DNA of 64,000 bases from positions 7,751 through 71,750 of the forward strand of contig JABLXJ010000013.1 in NCBI GenBank assembly GCA_013178125.1. Reading direction: 5' to 3'. The translations under genes and the position numbers were made by a program. The DNA comes from Bacillota bacterium (GTDB lineage: Bacteria; Bacillota; SHA-98; Ch115; JABLXJ01). Under the pieces are notes generated by a model. The model saw nothing but the letters and a program-made list of their open reading frames with translations. It made no database searches and was not told the origin of the DNA. Numbering within the stretch: position 1 is the first letter of the stretch; every line of letters begins with the position of its first letter. Positions 19,579-29,754 of this stretch are shown here, one piece after another.

Positions 19579-19917
19579 GATGAGATTCCGATTGCCCTCG
19601 CCGAACTCGGGGCTATAGTTGGCAGCACAATTCCCGTGGCGCCATATATCACCTTTGCAACCGCCGCCCTGGCTGAGACTGCATACCGCGTTATGGGGGA
19701 TAGACGCGCGGTGGTATTGCGAAATCACGGTGTCGTTACAATCGGCGAAGACCTGAGAGATGCTATGGCGGTGGCGATTGTGGTCGAAGATAATGCGGTT
19801 GTCTACTGGCTGGCGTCCCAGATCGGAGAGCCTTCTACAGTGCCCTATGAGGAGGTGCAAAAACTGCGGTCCCTCTACCTGAGCCGGTATGGCCAGGTGG
19901 ATGACAGGGGCAGATAG
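19579..19917 (+). pseudogene. C-terminal remnant of a class II (FucA/AraD-type) aldolase
   Basis: Only the C-terminal third is present (...AVVLRNHGVVTIGEDLRDAMAVAIVVEDNAVVYW...). The frame runs back into the SorC gene with no N-terminal metal-binding half. Confidence 0.65.
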
Positions 19918-20107
19918 TCGGATGGTTGGCTCGTATGAACTCCGGTAGGGCCCGGTGACAAGTAGCGAAGGGGGTGATGGGAAGCAGGCGGAAGGATGTG
20001 ATGCTTGGGGTTGCTGTGGAATTTGTTGCAGGGCAGCTTAAGGATTCTGCAATAGAAGTTAAAGTCAAAATAATTAAATAATTAAGATGATATGGAGGCG
20101 CGATGAA

Positions 20108-21475
20108 ATGAGGAAAACACGAGTTGTCTCATGGATTGCATTGGCGCTAGCGCTGGCGTTGGTGTTCGCCTGCCTGACCGCGGCGAGCGCGGCCGAGAAA
20201 TTTAACTGGAAGAAATATTCAGGGGCCAAAATACGTTTGTTGCTCAACAAGCATCCGTATACTGAGGCGTTGCTGGGAGACCTGAAGGCCTTCGAGGACT
20301 TGACAGGCATCAAAGTGGAGTATGATATATTCCCCGAGCAGAACTACTTCGATAAGGTGACCATCGATCTATCGAGCGGATCCGGGTCATACGACGTATT
20401 CATGACTGGGGCGTACCAAGTTTGGCAGTACGCGCCTCCAGGGTGGATGGAGCCCCTTGAACCCTACATTAACGATCCCTCGATGACAAATCCGGATTAC
20501 GACTGGGAAGATATATACCCCAATCTGAGAAAGTCTGACCAGTGGAATCTGAAGCCTGGCAACCCCCTCGGGAGCGGGCACCAGTGGGCCATCCCATGGG
20601 GCTTTGAGGCCAACGCCTTGATGTACAGGGTGGATCTATTTAAGAAATACGGGATCGCGGTGCCGGAGAGCCTGCCCGCGCTCTATGAGACAGCCAAGAA
20701 GCTGAATAACATTGATGGCTCTGGAATGGCTGGCATAGTTGTGCGCGGCAGCAAGAACTGGGCGACAATTCACCCGGGTTTTATGACCCAGTATGCGAGC
20801 TACGGCGCAAGAGATTTCGATGATAAGCTTAACGCCGTTATGAATAGCCCCAAGGCTGTGGAGATGACCGATCTGTGGGTGAAGATGGTTAGGGAAGCCG
20901 GGCCCAAGGCTTGGACGACCTACACCTGGTATCAGGCGGGCTCGGATTTCGGCGCCGGAAAGGCTGCTATGCTCTTTGATGCGGATATCCTGGGCTACTT
21001 CCAGAATGTACCCGGCGCGTCCGCCTGCTCCGGCAAGGTAGGCTGGGCCCCGGGTCCCAAAGGCCCTGAGGGAAAGCTTGTAACCAACATGTGGATATGG
21101 TCGCTCTCCATGAGTGCGAAGTCCAAAAATAAGGGGGCTGCATGGTACTTCATGCAGTGGGCGACAGGCAAAGAGCACCTAACAAAGGCTGCCGTTGACT
21201 TTGCAATGGTGGACCCCGTAAGGAAGTCCGTCTGGGAGAATCCCAAGTTCATAGCTAAGATGAAGGAGAATTATCACTTCTACGAGACGTTCCAGGCTAT
21301 AATCGATAATTGCTCAATCCTGTTTACGCCACAACCCAAATTCTTCGAGACGACAACCGAATGGGCAGCGACGCTACATGACATCTACTATGGCGAAGAT
21401 GCAAAGAAAGCCCTGGATAAGCTGGTCGCCAAGATCAATCGCATGATGACCCAGGCCGGCATCCGAAAGCCATAA
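20108..21475 (+). CDS. ABC transporter extracellular solute-binding protein (family 1)
   Basis: Signal peptide MRKTRVVSWIALALALALVFACLTAASA and an SBP-like body, followed by permeases and ATPases. Confidence 0.85.
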   Translation: MRKTRVVSWIALALALALVFACLTAASAAEKFNWKKYSGAKIRLLLNKHPYTEALLGDLKAFEDLTGIKVEYDIFPEQNYFDKVTIDLSSGSGSYDVFMTGAYQVWQYAPPGWMEPLEPYINDPSMTNPDYDWEDIYPNLRKSDQWNLKPGNPLGSGHQWAIPWGFEANALMYRVDLFKKYGIAVPESLPALYETAKKLNNIDGSGMAGIVVRGSKNWATIHPGFMTQYASYGARDFDDKLNAVMNSPKAVEMTDLWVKMVREAGPKAWTTYTWYQAGSDFGAGKAAMLFDADILGYFQNVPGASACSGKVGWAPGPKGPEGKLVTNMWIWSLSMSAKSKNKGAAWYFMQWATGKEHLTKAAVDFAMVDPVRKSVWENPKFIAKMKENYHFYETFQAIIDNCSILFTPQPKFFETTTEWAATLHDIYYGEDAKKALDKLVAKINRMMTQAGIRKP

Positions 21476-21856
21476 CCCTGAAGTTAGTTGTGGCCAGGGA
21501 ATTCGGGAGCCGTAATGTGGCCGATGTGATGCAATGTGATGTAGCGTAATATGATGTGATGTCATGTGATGTCATGAACTAATAGCGTATCAGGTGCCTC
21601 GGCTTCCGCCTGGCACCGTGCTCCTGACTCTAACATTAACTCTGTTATTAACCCTGTGGTCAAGTCAGGTCAGGATGGAATTGGGGCAAAGGTCGGCCGG
21701 TTGACGCGCTGAGCTGGTATCTGGCGAAGCCGGGGCGCCTGGAGGTATGAGGTATGTATATGAGGTAGGTATGTATATAGAGTATGTAAAGTACAGATTA
21801 CCAAAGCAGGCACTTAAGTGGGGCTTAACTAGACTTGAAAAGGGCGGGGTTGATAT

Positions 21857-22816
21857 ATGACAATGACTCGCTATAATGCGTCAGCCGAATCAGCCATTCA
21901 GCCCGGGCAGTTTGCACCGGACCCACGCGACCTGAGGCCGCCTTTGTCCGTTAGGGCCCGACCTTACTTGATCATACTGCCGGCGCTCCTGTTAACGGTG
22001 GGCATTCTCTACCCGTTTGGCCTCGCCGTCTACTATTCGCTGACCAATTATACATTGAGCAACCCGAATTATTCATTTGTGGGCTTCCTCAACTATACGA
22101 TGCTCCTGACAGACCCGGAGTTTTACCACAGCGCTAAAGTCACGCTGGCGTACGCATTCAGCGCGACGGTAGTGGAAACGCTGCTTGGCCTGGGCGTCGC
22201 GCTCCTGCTCAACAGGGAGACGCGCCTGGCGAAAGCGCTTCGCACGGTGATGATCTTTCCACTCATGATCGCCCCGGTTATCGGCACATTGATATGGAAG
22301 CTGATGATGCAGCCCAGCGTCGGCATCCTGAATTATCTGCTTGGTTTTATCGGCCTTTCTCATTTCGAATGGGCGGCGGCACCGCAGAGCGCCCTGTTTT
22401 CGGTGGTGCTGGTGGATGTCTGGATTTATACGCCGTTTATATCGCTTTTGCTGTTGGCGGGCCTTCAATCCATGCCTAAAGAACCCTTTGAGTCCGCCCG
22501 GGTTGATGGCGGCTCCGCCTGGTTTACATTTAAGAATTTAACCCTTCCCATGCTTGCGCCCTTTCTTCTCATAGCTGTCATATTCAGGCTCATAGATTCT
22601 TTGAAGATGTTTGATGTAATCTACGCGATGACGGGAGGAGGCCCGGGTCAGACTCTAATGAACTTTCCCCTCCAGGCATATTATTACGGAATCCTTTACA
22701 TGAATCTGAGCTACGGTCTGACCTACATGATCATTCTTTGGGCTATTGTATACCTGATAAGCCAGATCCTGGTGGTATATTGGGGCAAAGCCCAGCAGCG
22801 TGCAGCAGGCTTCTAG
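21857..22816 (+). CDS. ABC sugar/polyol transporter permease
   Basis: TM-rich with EAA loop FESARVDGGSAWFTFKNLTLPML. Confidence 0.85.
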   Translation: MTMTRYNASAESAIQPGQFAPDPRDLRPPLSVRARPYLIILPALLLTVGILYPFGLAVYYSLTNYTLSNPNYSFVGFLNYTMLLTDPEFYHSAKVTLAYAFSATVVETLLGLGVALLLNRETRLAKALRTVMIFPLMIAPVIGTLIWKLMMQPSVGILNYLLGFIGLSHFEWAAAPQSALFSVVLVDVWIYTPFISLLLLAGLQSMPKEPFESARVDGGSAWFTFKNLTLPMLAPFLLIAVIFRLIDSLKMFDVIYAMTGGGPGQTLMNFPLQAYYYGILYMNLSYGLTYMIILWAIVYLISQILVVYWGKAQQRAAGF

Positions 22817-22995
22817 CTACCCGACTTCAGGCAAATATGAACGGCGAATATGAACTATATACTATATAGACTGCTTCATAGACTGCTTCCTATGCTACAG
22901 GAGCGCTATGGAAGCGGAGCGGAGCAGAGCAGGATAACCCCGGGTCCTGGGTTGCAGGTCCTGGATTACGGTGCGATGGCGAGGGGGGTATAAAG

Positions 22996-23856
22996 ATGGA
23001 ATCCAGCGCGAGAAATAAATTCACTCAAAGCCTTTTGACCGTTATTATGTTGATTTATTTCGCCTTTGCTCTCTTCCCGATAATTTGGATGATATTGATA
23101 TCCCTTAAGAGCCAGCCGGAGCTTTTCACAACGAAATTTGTTTTCAAGCCAACGATCGAGAGTTATAAGGCTATAACAGTAGGCCTCAGATATTTAAAAG
23201 GCACGGGGAGTTTCCGGCCGGATTTTCCCAGATTCTTTCTAAACAGCATAATCATAAGCACGACATCCGTAGCGATATCGGTGCTGGTGGGCGTGCCGGC
23301 CGCATACGCTCTGGCCAGGTTCAAGTTCCCGGGCAAGGAAAACCTTGCTTTCACGTTCCTGTCCTTCCGGTTTGCCCCGGAGCTGAGCGTGATCATCCCG
23401 CTATCTATATTGTATCGGAGGTTCGGGCTTTACGATACCTACATCGGCATAATATGGGTGTACCAGCTCATCACATTACCCCTTTTAATCTGGGTGTTAC
23501 GTGGATACTTTGAGGATATATCCACAGAGATCGAGCAGGCCGCCATGACCGATGGGTATACCTACTGGCAGGTCTTTTGGAGGATACTACTGCCGCTGAT
23601 CAGGCCGGGCCTCGCTGCCTCCGCGCTGCTGGCATTTGTATTCGCATGGAATAACTTCATCTTCGCTATGATCCTGGGTGGCGGAAAGGTCCAGACGGTT
23701 ACCGTTGCCGCCCTCTCGTTTCTGGCTTCGGAGCAGGCACATTACAACCAGATGGCGGCCGCTAGCCTGATTTCGGCGGTGCCCCAGATAGTCCTCGCGC
23801 TCATAATCCAGAAGTCCCTGGTCCGCGGCCTTACATTTGGTGCGGTTAAGGGATAA
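22996..23856 (+). CDS. ABC sugar/polyol transporter permease
   Basis: TM-rich with EAA loop EQAAMTDGYTYWQVFWRILLPL. Confidence 0.85.
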   Translation: MESSARNKFTQSLLTVIMLIYFAFALFPIIWMILISLKSQPELFTTKFVFKPTIESYKAITVGLRYLKGTGSFRPDFPRFFLNSIIISTTSVAISVLVGVPAAYALARFKFPGKENLAFTFLSFRFAPELSVIIPLSILYRRFGLYDTYIGIIWVYQLITLPLLIWVLRGYFEDISTEIEQAAMTDGYTYWQVFWRILLPLIRPGLAASALLAFVFAWNNFIFAMILGGGKVQTVTVAALSFLASEQAHYNQMAAASLISAVPQIVLALIIQKSLVRGLTFGAVKG

Positions 23857-23989
23857 GTGAGAGCTATGAGAGTTAAAGGATAGGTGGGATAGGAGGATGC
23901 AGTGCCTGGCAGGATACGGTGGGACAGGATACGGTGAGAAATGAGAACGCTAGAGGACCCCAGGAAGGAGTTAAGGAGGGTCTCACGTT

Positions 23990-25138
23990 ATGGCAAGGCT
24001 TGGTCTATACAACCTCTGGAAGCATTTCGGGAAACTCACAGCCGTTAAGGGGCTAACCCTGGAGGTTAAGGATAAGGAGTTTGTGGTGTTGCTTGGTCCA
24101 TCCGGAGCTGGTAAGACTACGACACTGAAGCTCATCGCTGGTGTTGAAAAGCCGAATGGCGGGTATGTTATGATCGGGGACAAGGTCGTGAACGCGACGG
24201 AGCCGCATCGACGTAATGTAGCTATGGCTTTCGAGACCTACGCCCTTTACCCGCATTTTACGGTGTATGAGAATCTGGCCTTTCCGCTACGAGCACCGGG
24301 TATGAGGCTTTCACCGCAGGAGCTCGAGCGAAGGGTCAGGCGCGTGGCTGAGGTGCTCAATATTGACATGCTTTTCGATAGGAAGCCGGCGGAGTTGAGC
24401 AACGGTCAGAAGCAGAGGGTATCTCTGGGCAGAACCATGGTCCGCGAGCCGGACATATTCCTCCTCGATGAGCCCTTGTCCCACCTGGATGCCAAGCTGC
24501 GTCACCACATGCGGATGGAATTCAAGAGGCTGGAATCCAGCCTGAATACCACCGTACTATATGTAACTCATGATTATCTCGAGGCGCTCGCCCTCGCAGA
24601 TAGGATAGCGGTGATAAATCAGGGGGTGCTACAGCAGGTCGGGACACCTGACGAGATCTTCAACCGCCCTGTAAATCAGTTCGTCGCGACGGCCCTGGGA
24701 CAACCTGAAATAAACCTTATTGATGGGGATATTATAACGGAGGCCGGTGCCCCGGTATTTGTTGCTATGGACGGCGAGCTTAAGATTAGAGTACCCCAGA
24801 TATTGCATAAACCTTTGATGAAGAAGGGTCTCAAAAAGGCACGCATAGGCGTGAGGCCGTTTGACATAGGGGTGGTGAGGGCTCGCGGCCGAGGGGATGA
24901 TCAGGTCGACAGAGATGGCGACAAGGCGCGCTTCAGGGGAAGGGTTTACGTTTTTGAATCGCTGGGCAACAAGGGCGTTTTGACCGTTCGGGTCGGAAAG
25001 GCCAGGTTGAGTGTGTTGACATCCGCGAATTTCAAGGCTAATGTCGATGAGAGCATCACGCTGGAGGTCGACTGCAGCAAGATCATAGTATTCGATCCCG
25101 AGACCACAGAGAATATCGCCCTGACGGTAACAGCGTAG
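23990..25138 (+). CDS. ABC transporter ATP-binding protein (MalK/UgpC-like), copy 1
   Basis: Walker A GPSGAGKTT, signature LSNGQKQRV, Walker B FLLDEPLSHLD, and a C-terminal TOBE-like regulatory domain. Confidence 0.9.
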   Translation: MARLGLYNLWKHFGKLTAVKGLTLEVKDKEFVVLLGPSGAGKTTTLKLIAGVEKPNGGYVMIGDKVVNATEPHRRNVAMAFETYALYPHFTVYENLAFPLRAPGMRLSPQELERRVRRVAEVLNIDMLFDRKPAELSNGQKQRVSLGRTMVREPDIFLLDEPLSHLDAKLRHHMRMEFKRLESSLNTTVLYVTHDYLEALALADRIAVINQGVLQQVGTPDEIFNRPVNQFVATALGQPEINLIDGDIITEAGAPVFVAMDGELKIRVPQILHKPLMKKGLKKARIGVRPFDIGVVRARGRGDDQVDRDGDKARFRGRVYVFESLGNKGVLTVRVGKARLSVLTSANFKANVDESITLEVDCSKIIVFDPETTENIALTVTA

Positions 25139-25211
25139 CCAGGCGGCCAGGGGGGCAACCAGGCAGGGTTGCAAAAAGCGGATGTTGTCGCATAAAGAGG
25201 GGAGATATCTT

Positions 25212-26336
25212 ATGGCTGAGGTAGTGCTTAATAAGGTATGCAAGACATACACCGGCAGAGGTGGGAGGGAGGAGGTCGAGGCGGTAAAGAATCTCGATCT
25301 CACCATAGAGGATGGCGAGTTTTTGGCGCTTCTAGGGCCATCCGGCTGCGGGAAAACCTCCACCCTGCGGATGATCGTGGGTTTGGAGCAGATAACTTCG
25401 GGGGATATTTATATCGGAGGGCGCCGCGTGAACGATCTCGAGCCGAAGGATAGGGATGTGGCGCTGGCGTTTGAAACCTATGCCCTGTATCCCCCATTGA
25501 GCGTCAGGGATAATATAGCCTTTTGTCTCCGGGCGCGCAAGATGCCGGAGGCTGGGGTGAGGGAGCGGGTTTCCCAGGTTGCGGAGATCCTGGATATAAC
25601 GGGGATTCTGGATCGTAAGCCCGGCGAGCTCGGCAGCGGGGAAAAACAACGGGTTTCCCTGGCCCGCGCGCTTGTAAGAAATCCGGCAGTATTTCTCATG
25701 GATGAGCCGCTTTCGCACCTCGATGCGAAACTGCGCCATCACATGAGGAAGGAGCTCAAGCGCCTCCATGCGGAGATCCGCACCACAACCGTGCTTGTGA
25801 CCCATGACCAGCTCGAGGCCATAGCCATGGCGGATAGAGTGGCCATTATGAATCTTGGAGAGCTGCAACAGGTCGGCACCCCCGACGAGGTGTACAACAA
25901 CCCTGTGAATGAATTCGTAGCTGATTTCGTCGGGGAGCCTCCAATTAATTTTCTGAATTGCGAGATTGTAGCTGAGAATGGAGAGCTTTACGCTGTGGGT
26001 GGGAACCGCAGTTTGAGGCTCAAGATCCCTGGCAAGGCGTGGGAAGGGTTGAAGAAGTCTAACCTGCGCAAGGTGAAACTCGGTATAAGGCCCCTGGACA
26101 TCAAATATTCTTTTACACCACCGGATGAGCTTAATGGGCAGCAGGCCGGGGGGGTCGTATATACCTTCGAGCCCCTTGGTGAAGAAGGACATCTGACGGT
26201 CCAGATCGGGAATGAACTCGTAACGGTCATAACCCCGCCGGTCCTCGATACCCGGCCGGAGGAGAAGGTCTGGCTGATCTTCAGCGAGGAGCGGCTTCAT
26301 TTATTCGATGCAGCTACGGGGATAGCCATCTGCTGA
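25212..26336 (+). CDS. ABC transporter ATP-binding protein (MalK/UgpC-like), copy 2
   Basis: Walker A GPSGCGKTS, degenerate signature LGSGEKQRV, Walker B FLMDEPLSHLD. Start moved to MAEVVLNKV. Confidence 0.9.
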   Translation: MAEVVLNKVCKTYTGRGGREEVEAVKNLDLTIEDGEFLALLGPSGCGKTSTLRMIVGLEQITSGDIYIGGRRVNDLEPKDRDVALAFETYALYPPLSVRDNIAFCLRARKMPEAGVRERVSQVAEILDITGILDRKPGELGSGEKQRVSLARALVRNPAVFLMDEPLSHLDAKLRHHMRKELKRLHAEIRTTTVLVTHDQLEAIAMADRVAIMNLGELQQVGTPDEVYNNPVNEFVADFVGEPPINFLNCEIVAENGELYAVGGNRSLRLKIPGKAWEGLKKSNLRKVKLGIRPLDIKYSFTPPDELNGQQAGGVVYTFEPLGEEGHLTVQIGNELVTVITPPVLDTRPEEKVWLIFSEERLHLFDAATGIAIC

Positions 26337-26362
26337 ATTATGGTGTAGGGGCGTGTATATAC

Positions 26363-27925
26363 ATGTCGGGGTCTTCTGACTCTAGATATCTCATGGGTAT
26401 AGATGTGGGAACATCCTTCGTCAAGACCGTCCTGCTGGATCTCGACGGGGACGAGATTTTCGTGGCCGGTGAGAGGAACGCAGTTGAATCAGTCCAGCCG
26501 GGCTGGGCCGAACAGGATATGATGCTCCTTTGGGAGATCACAAAGAAAACAGTTCGGGCTGTAATGTCCAGGAGCGCTGTGCCCCCTGAGGCCGTGACCG
26601 CTGTGGGCATAACGGGCCAGGGTGATGGGACATGGCTTATAGGGAGGGACGGAAACCCGGTACGCCGCGCCCTGATCTGGCTTGACGGGAGGACGGGCGA
26701 CGTGGTCTCGAGATGGCACGTGGATGGGACCAACCATGAGGTTTTCAAGCAAACGGGCACGGTCTTGACCCCGGGTCACCAGAGCTCCCAGCTATACTGG
26801 TTGGATAAGGCCGAGCCGGAGTCGCTGGCAAAGGCGAAGGCGGTCCTTCATGCCAAGGACTGGATATTCTTCAAGTTCACACGGGAGATAACAACTGATG
26901 AATCTGAGGCATCATATACGTTTTTCGACATAAGGAATAACCGATATTCTGACAGGGTATTCGAAATTCTCGGTATCGAAAGGTGGCGGCACTTGATCCC
27001 ACCCGCCCATCCGAGCTGCGAGAATATCGGTGAGCTCGACGGCGATATCGCCCGCGAGATCGGCCTGCTCCCTGGCACGCCTGTCGCGTCGGGGCCCGTA
27101 GATGTAGCGGCTACGGCCATAGGGGCGGGTGCGTTGTACGAAGGGGATGGGTGCTCGGTCATAGGCACGGCAGGGATACATCAGATTGTAATGGATGAAC
27201 CCCTCACTGAGCCACCCGATGTAGGGTATACTCTGTGCTACGGGCCTCCCGGTAAGTGGTTGCGCATGCTGCCGACAATGGCATGCACCTCGAATCTGGA
27301 GTGGTTCATACGGCATTTTTGTTGGGAGGACATCCAGGAGGCCGGCCGGCTCGAGATGGATTCATGGAATTACCTGGAGCAAATTGCTGAACGTGTACCA
27401 ATCGGTTCGGAGGGGGTGATTTACCATCCTTATATAGACCCTGCAGGCGAACGGGTGCCATTCGTTAAACCATCAGCGCGGGCCCAATTCCTCGGGCTGA
27501 GTTCCTTTCACACGCGACATCACCTGCTCAGGGCCGTATATGAGGGGGTAGCCCTGTCCGCGCTGGATTGCTACAGCTATATGCCAAAGGAGATCAGGGT
27601 GATCAGGCTCGCGGGCGGGGGTGCCAAAAGCAGGTTTTGGGCCCAGATGTTTGCCGACGTGACCGGAAAGGCCACATGGACCCTTGTGGGGACGGAGTTT
27701 GGTGCGAAGGGGGCAGCGATAAACGCTGGGGTGGCCGTTGGGGCCTACAGGGGCTTTGAGGATGCGCTTGAGCGGACGGTGAAGGTCTCCAGGGAGTACC
27801 ATCCAGTGCCCGAGAGGACGGAGCGCTATCGCCGGATGTATGAAGTCTACCGTGAGACCTACCGCTTGATGTGGGGGGTGTGGGATAGAAGTATGCATCC
27901 GGTATTCATGGATAATTTAGTCTAA
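26363..27925 (+). CDS. FGGY-family carbohydrate kinase (xylulokinase/polyol-kinase-like)
   Basis: N-terminal YLMGIDVGTSFVKTVL, GITGQGDG, and the C-terminal FGGY domain (RLAGGGAKSRFWAQMFADV). Confidence 0.85.
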   Translation: MSGSSDSRYLMGIDVGTSFVKTVLLDLDGDEIFVAGERNAVESVQPGWAEQDMMLLWEITKKTVRAVMSRSAVPPEAVTAVGITGQGDGTWLIGRDGNPVRRALIWLDGRTGDVVSRWHVDGTNHEVFKQTGTVLTPGHQSSQLYWLDKAEPESLAKAKAVLHAKDWIFFKFTREITTDESEASYTFFDIRNNRYSDRVFEILGIERWRHLIPPAHPSCENIGELDGDIAREIGLLPGTPVASGPVDVAATAIGAGALYEGDGCSVIGTAGIHQIVMDEPLTEPPDVGYTLCYGPPGKWLRMLPTMACTSNLEWFIRHFCWEDIQEAGRLEMDSWNYLEQIAERVPIGSEGVIYHPYIDPAGERVPFVKPSARAQFLGLSSFHTRHHLLRAVYEGVALSALDCYSYMPKEIRVIRLAGGGAKSRFWAQMFADVTGKATWTLVGTEFGAKGAAINAGVAVGAYRGFEDALERTVKVSREYHPVPERTERYRRMYEVYRETYRLMWGVWDRSMHPVFMDNLV

Positions 27926-27973
27926 TTCTTGAACTTTAAATAAATCAGGGTTCTACCTGGGGAGGGAGTAAGA

Positions 27974-29071
27974 ATGGTAGATCTACCCAAGACCATGAAG
28001 GCCCTTGTTTGTTATGCGCCGCATGATTATAGGCTGGAGGAGGTAGAAACCCCGACGCCGGGGCCCGAGGAGGTGGTCATAAAGGTAGAAGCGTGCGGAA
28101 TATGTGCGGGCGATGTGAAGGCCTACCATGGTAGCGCCGAGAGTTTCTGGGGGGGCGGCATCAATCCGCCATGGATCAAGGCCCCTGTTATTCCGGGGCA
28201 CGAGTTTATAGGCACCGTAGCGGCCTTGGGGCCCGGGGCGAGGGAGAAGTATGGGCTTGAGATAGGCGACAGGGCGATCTCCGAGCAGATCGTCCCGTGC
28301 TGGAGATGCCGGTATTGCAAGACGGGACATTACTGGATGTGCGAGGTCCATAACATCTACGGTTTTCAAAAGGAAGTCCACGGGGGCATGGCCGAGTACA
28401 TGAAGTTTACAAAGGATGCAATAAACTACAAGGTGCCGAAGACGATCCCGGCGAGGGAGGCGGCCATGATCGAGCCGCTCTCGTGCTCGATTCACGCTGT
28501 GGAGCGCGCCGACATACAGCTCGGGGACGTGGTGGTTATATCCGGGGCGGGCCCGCTTGGCCTCGGGATGGTGGCGGTCTCCAGGCTTAGAGCTCCCGGC
28601 AAGCTCATAGTGCTGGATCTTAAGCCCAACCGGTTGGAGCTCGCGAAAAAGCTCGGCGCGGACATGGTCATCAACCCCAAGGAAGATGATGCTATAGCTA
28701 TAGTCAAGGATTTAACAGGCGGCTATGGCTGTGATGTGTATATCGAGGCTACCGGCCATACGTCAAGCGTGATCCAGGGACTTCAGATGATCAGAAAGCT
28801 TGGGACGTTTGTGGAATTTAGCGTCTTTTCAGATCCTACTACGGTTGACTGGAGCATTATCGGGGACCGGAAGGAATTGAATCTCTTCGGGGCTCATCTC
28901 AGCCCTTACTGTTATCCCAAAGCTATTGATTATATAGCAAACGGTAGTGTGCCCGTAAGTGACATCGTAACTCATGCATTCCCCCTGGAGCAGTATAAAG
29001 AGGCCTTTGAGAAGATGGGATCTGGCGAGGATTCGATAAAGGTGGTGCTCATGCCCTCCCTTCTAGTATAG
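27974..29071 (+). CDS. Zn-dependent medium-chain dehydrogenase (sorbitol/polyol dehydrogenase-like)
   Basis: Motifs CGICAGD, PGHEFIG, structural-Zn cysteines CWRCRYCKTGHYWMC, and Rossmann motif ISGAGPLG. Confidence 0.85.
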   Translation: MVDLPKTMKALVCYAPHDYRLEEVETPTPGPEEVVIKVEACGICAGDVKAYHGSAESFWGGGINPPWIKAPVIPGHEFIGTVAALGPGAREKYGLEIGDRAISEQIVPCWRCRYCKTGHYWMCEVHNIYGFQKEVHGGMAEYMKFTKDAINYKVPKTIPAREAAMIEPLSCSIHAVERADIQLGDVVVISGAGPLGLGMVAVSRLRAPGKLIVLDLKPNRLELAKKLGADMVINPKEDDAIAIVKDLTGGYGCDVYIEATGHTSSVIQGLQMIRKLGTFVEFSVFSDPTTVDWSIIGDRKELNLFGAHLSPYCYPKAIDYIANGSVPVSDIVTHAFPLEQYKEAFEKMGSGEDSIKVVLMPSLLV

Positions 29072-29076
29072 ATGAG

Positions 29077-29445
29077 ATGGAGGTTGGGGTTGGCCACCAC
29101 GGGGAGCCCGGGCTTAAGAGGGAGAAGTTAAGACCCGTGGATGAGATAGTGGATATGCTTTGTGCCGAGGTCATTCCCGATTTCCCATTTGAGGCTGGCG
29201 ATGAGGTCGTGACATTGATCAACGGCCTTGGAGCAACGCCTCAGCTTGAGCTCTACATAGCAAATAGGCGGCTCTTTAAGAACGTAACGGATAAGGGGAT
29301 AAGGATATACAGGGCGCTTGTAGGTGAGTTCTTCACCGCCCTCGAGATGGCGGGATTCTCCATCACCCTGTGCAGGCTCGATGAAGAGCTCAAGGAGCTA
29401 CTTGATGCTGAGGTCTATACCCCGTATTTCACCCAGGCCGGGTGA
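29077..29445 (+). pseudogene. C-terminal remnant of a dihydroxyacetone kinase DhaK subunit
   Basis: Begins at the EVGVGHHGEPG motif, which normally lies about 200 aa into DhaK. No N-terminal domain is present upstream: the dehydrogenase stop is 6 nt away. Confidence 0.7.
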
Positions 29446-29754
29446 GGAATGAGCGTGAGCGTGGAAATGGGAGAGATGTACATGGATAGCTCGAAGGCAC
29501 GCTCGAGCGCCTTCATCGTGCCGTCGGTTTAGTCTGAATAGCGCGCGCCCTACCGTACGAGAACCCTCCTGGCAGCATCAGGATGCGGTATAACCCCAGG
29601 TGCATGTCAGGATAAATGGAGGCCAAATCCGCCTATCTGACATGGCAATCGGCGTCTGCGTCGAAAACTGAGATTAGGCAGTAATATTCCATGGCGATTT
29701 GCAAAGGCTAATACAAGATCAGTAATGGCCTCAAACTTGAAGGTGTGAGGACTT

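Noticed and set aside
25332-26300. A 322-aa ORF antisense to the second ABC ATPase, plus similar long antisense ORFs at 24629-25363, 34801-35640, 39211-40287, 40715-41404 and 47876-48538
   Set aside because: These are shadow ORFs opposite well-supported GC-rich genes. Their translations are Arg/Pro/Gly-rich with no recognisable motifs.
29446-29754. Search for a tatA gene upstream of tatC
   Set aside because: No small ORF with a TatA-like TM helix plus amphipathic helix is present. The only ORF (MSVSVEMGEMYMDSSKARSSAFIVPSV) is not TatA-like.
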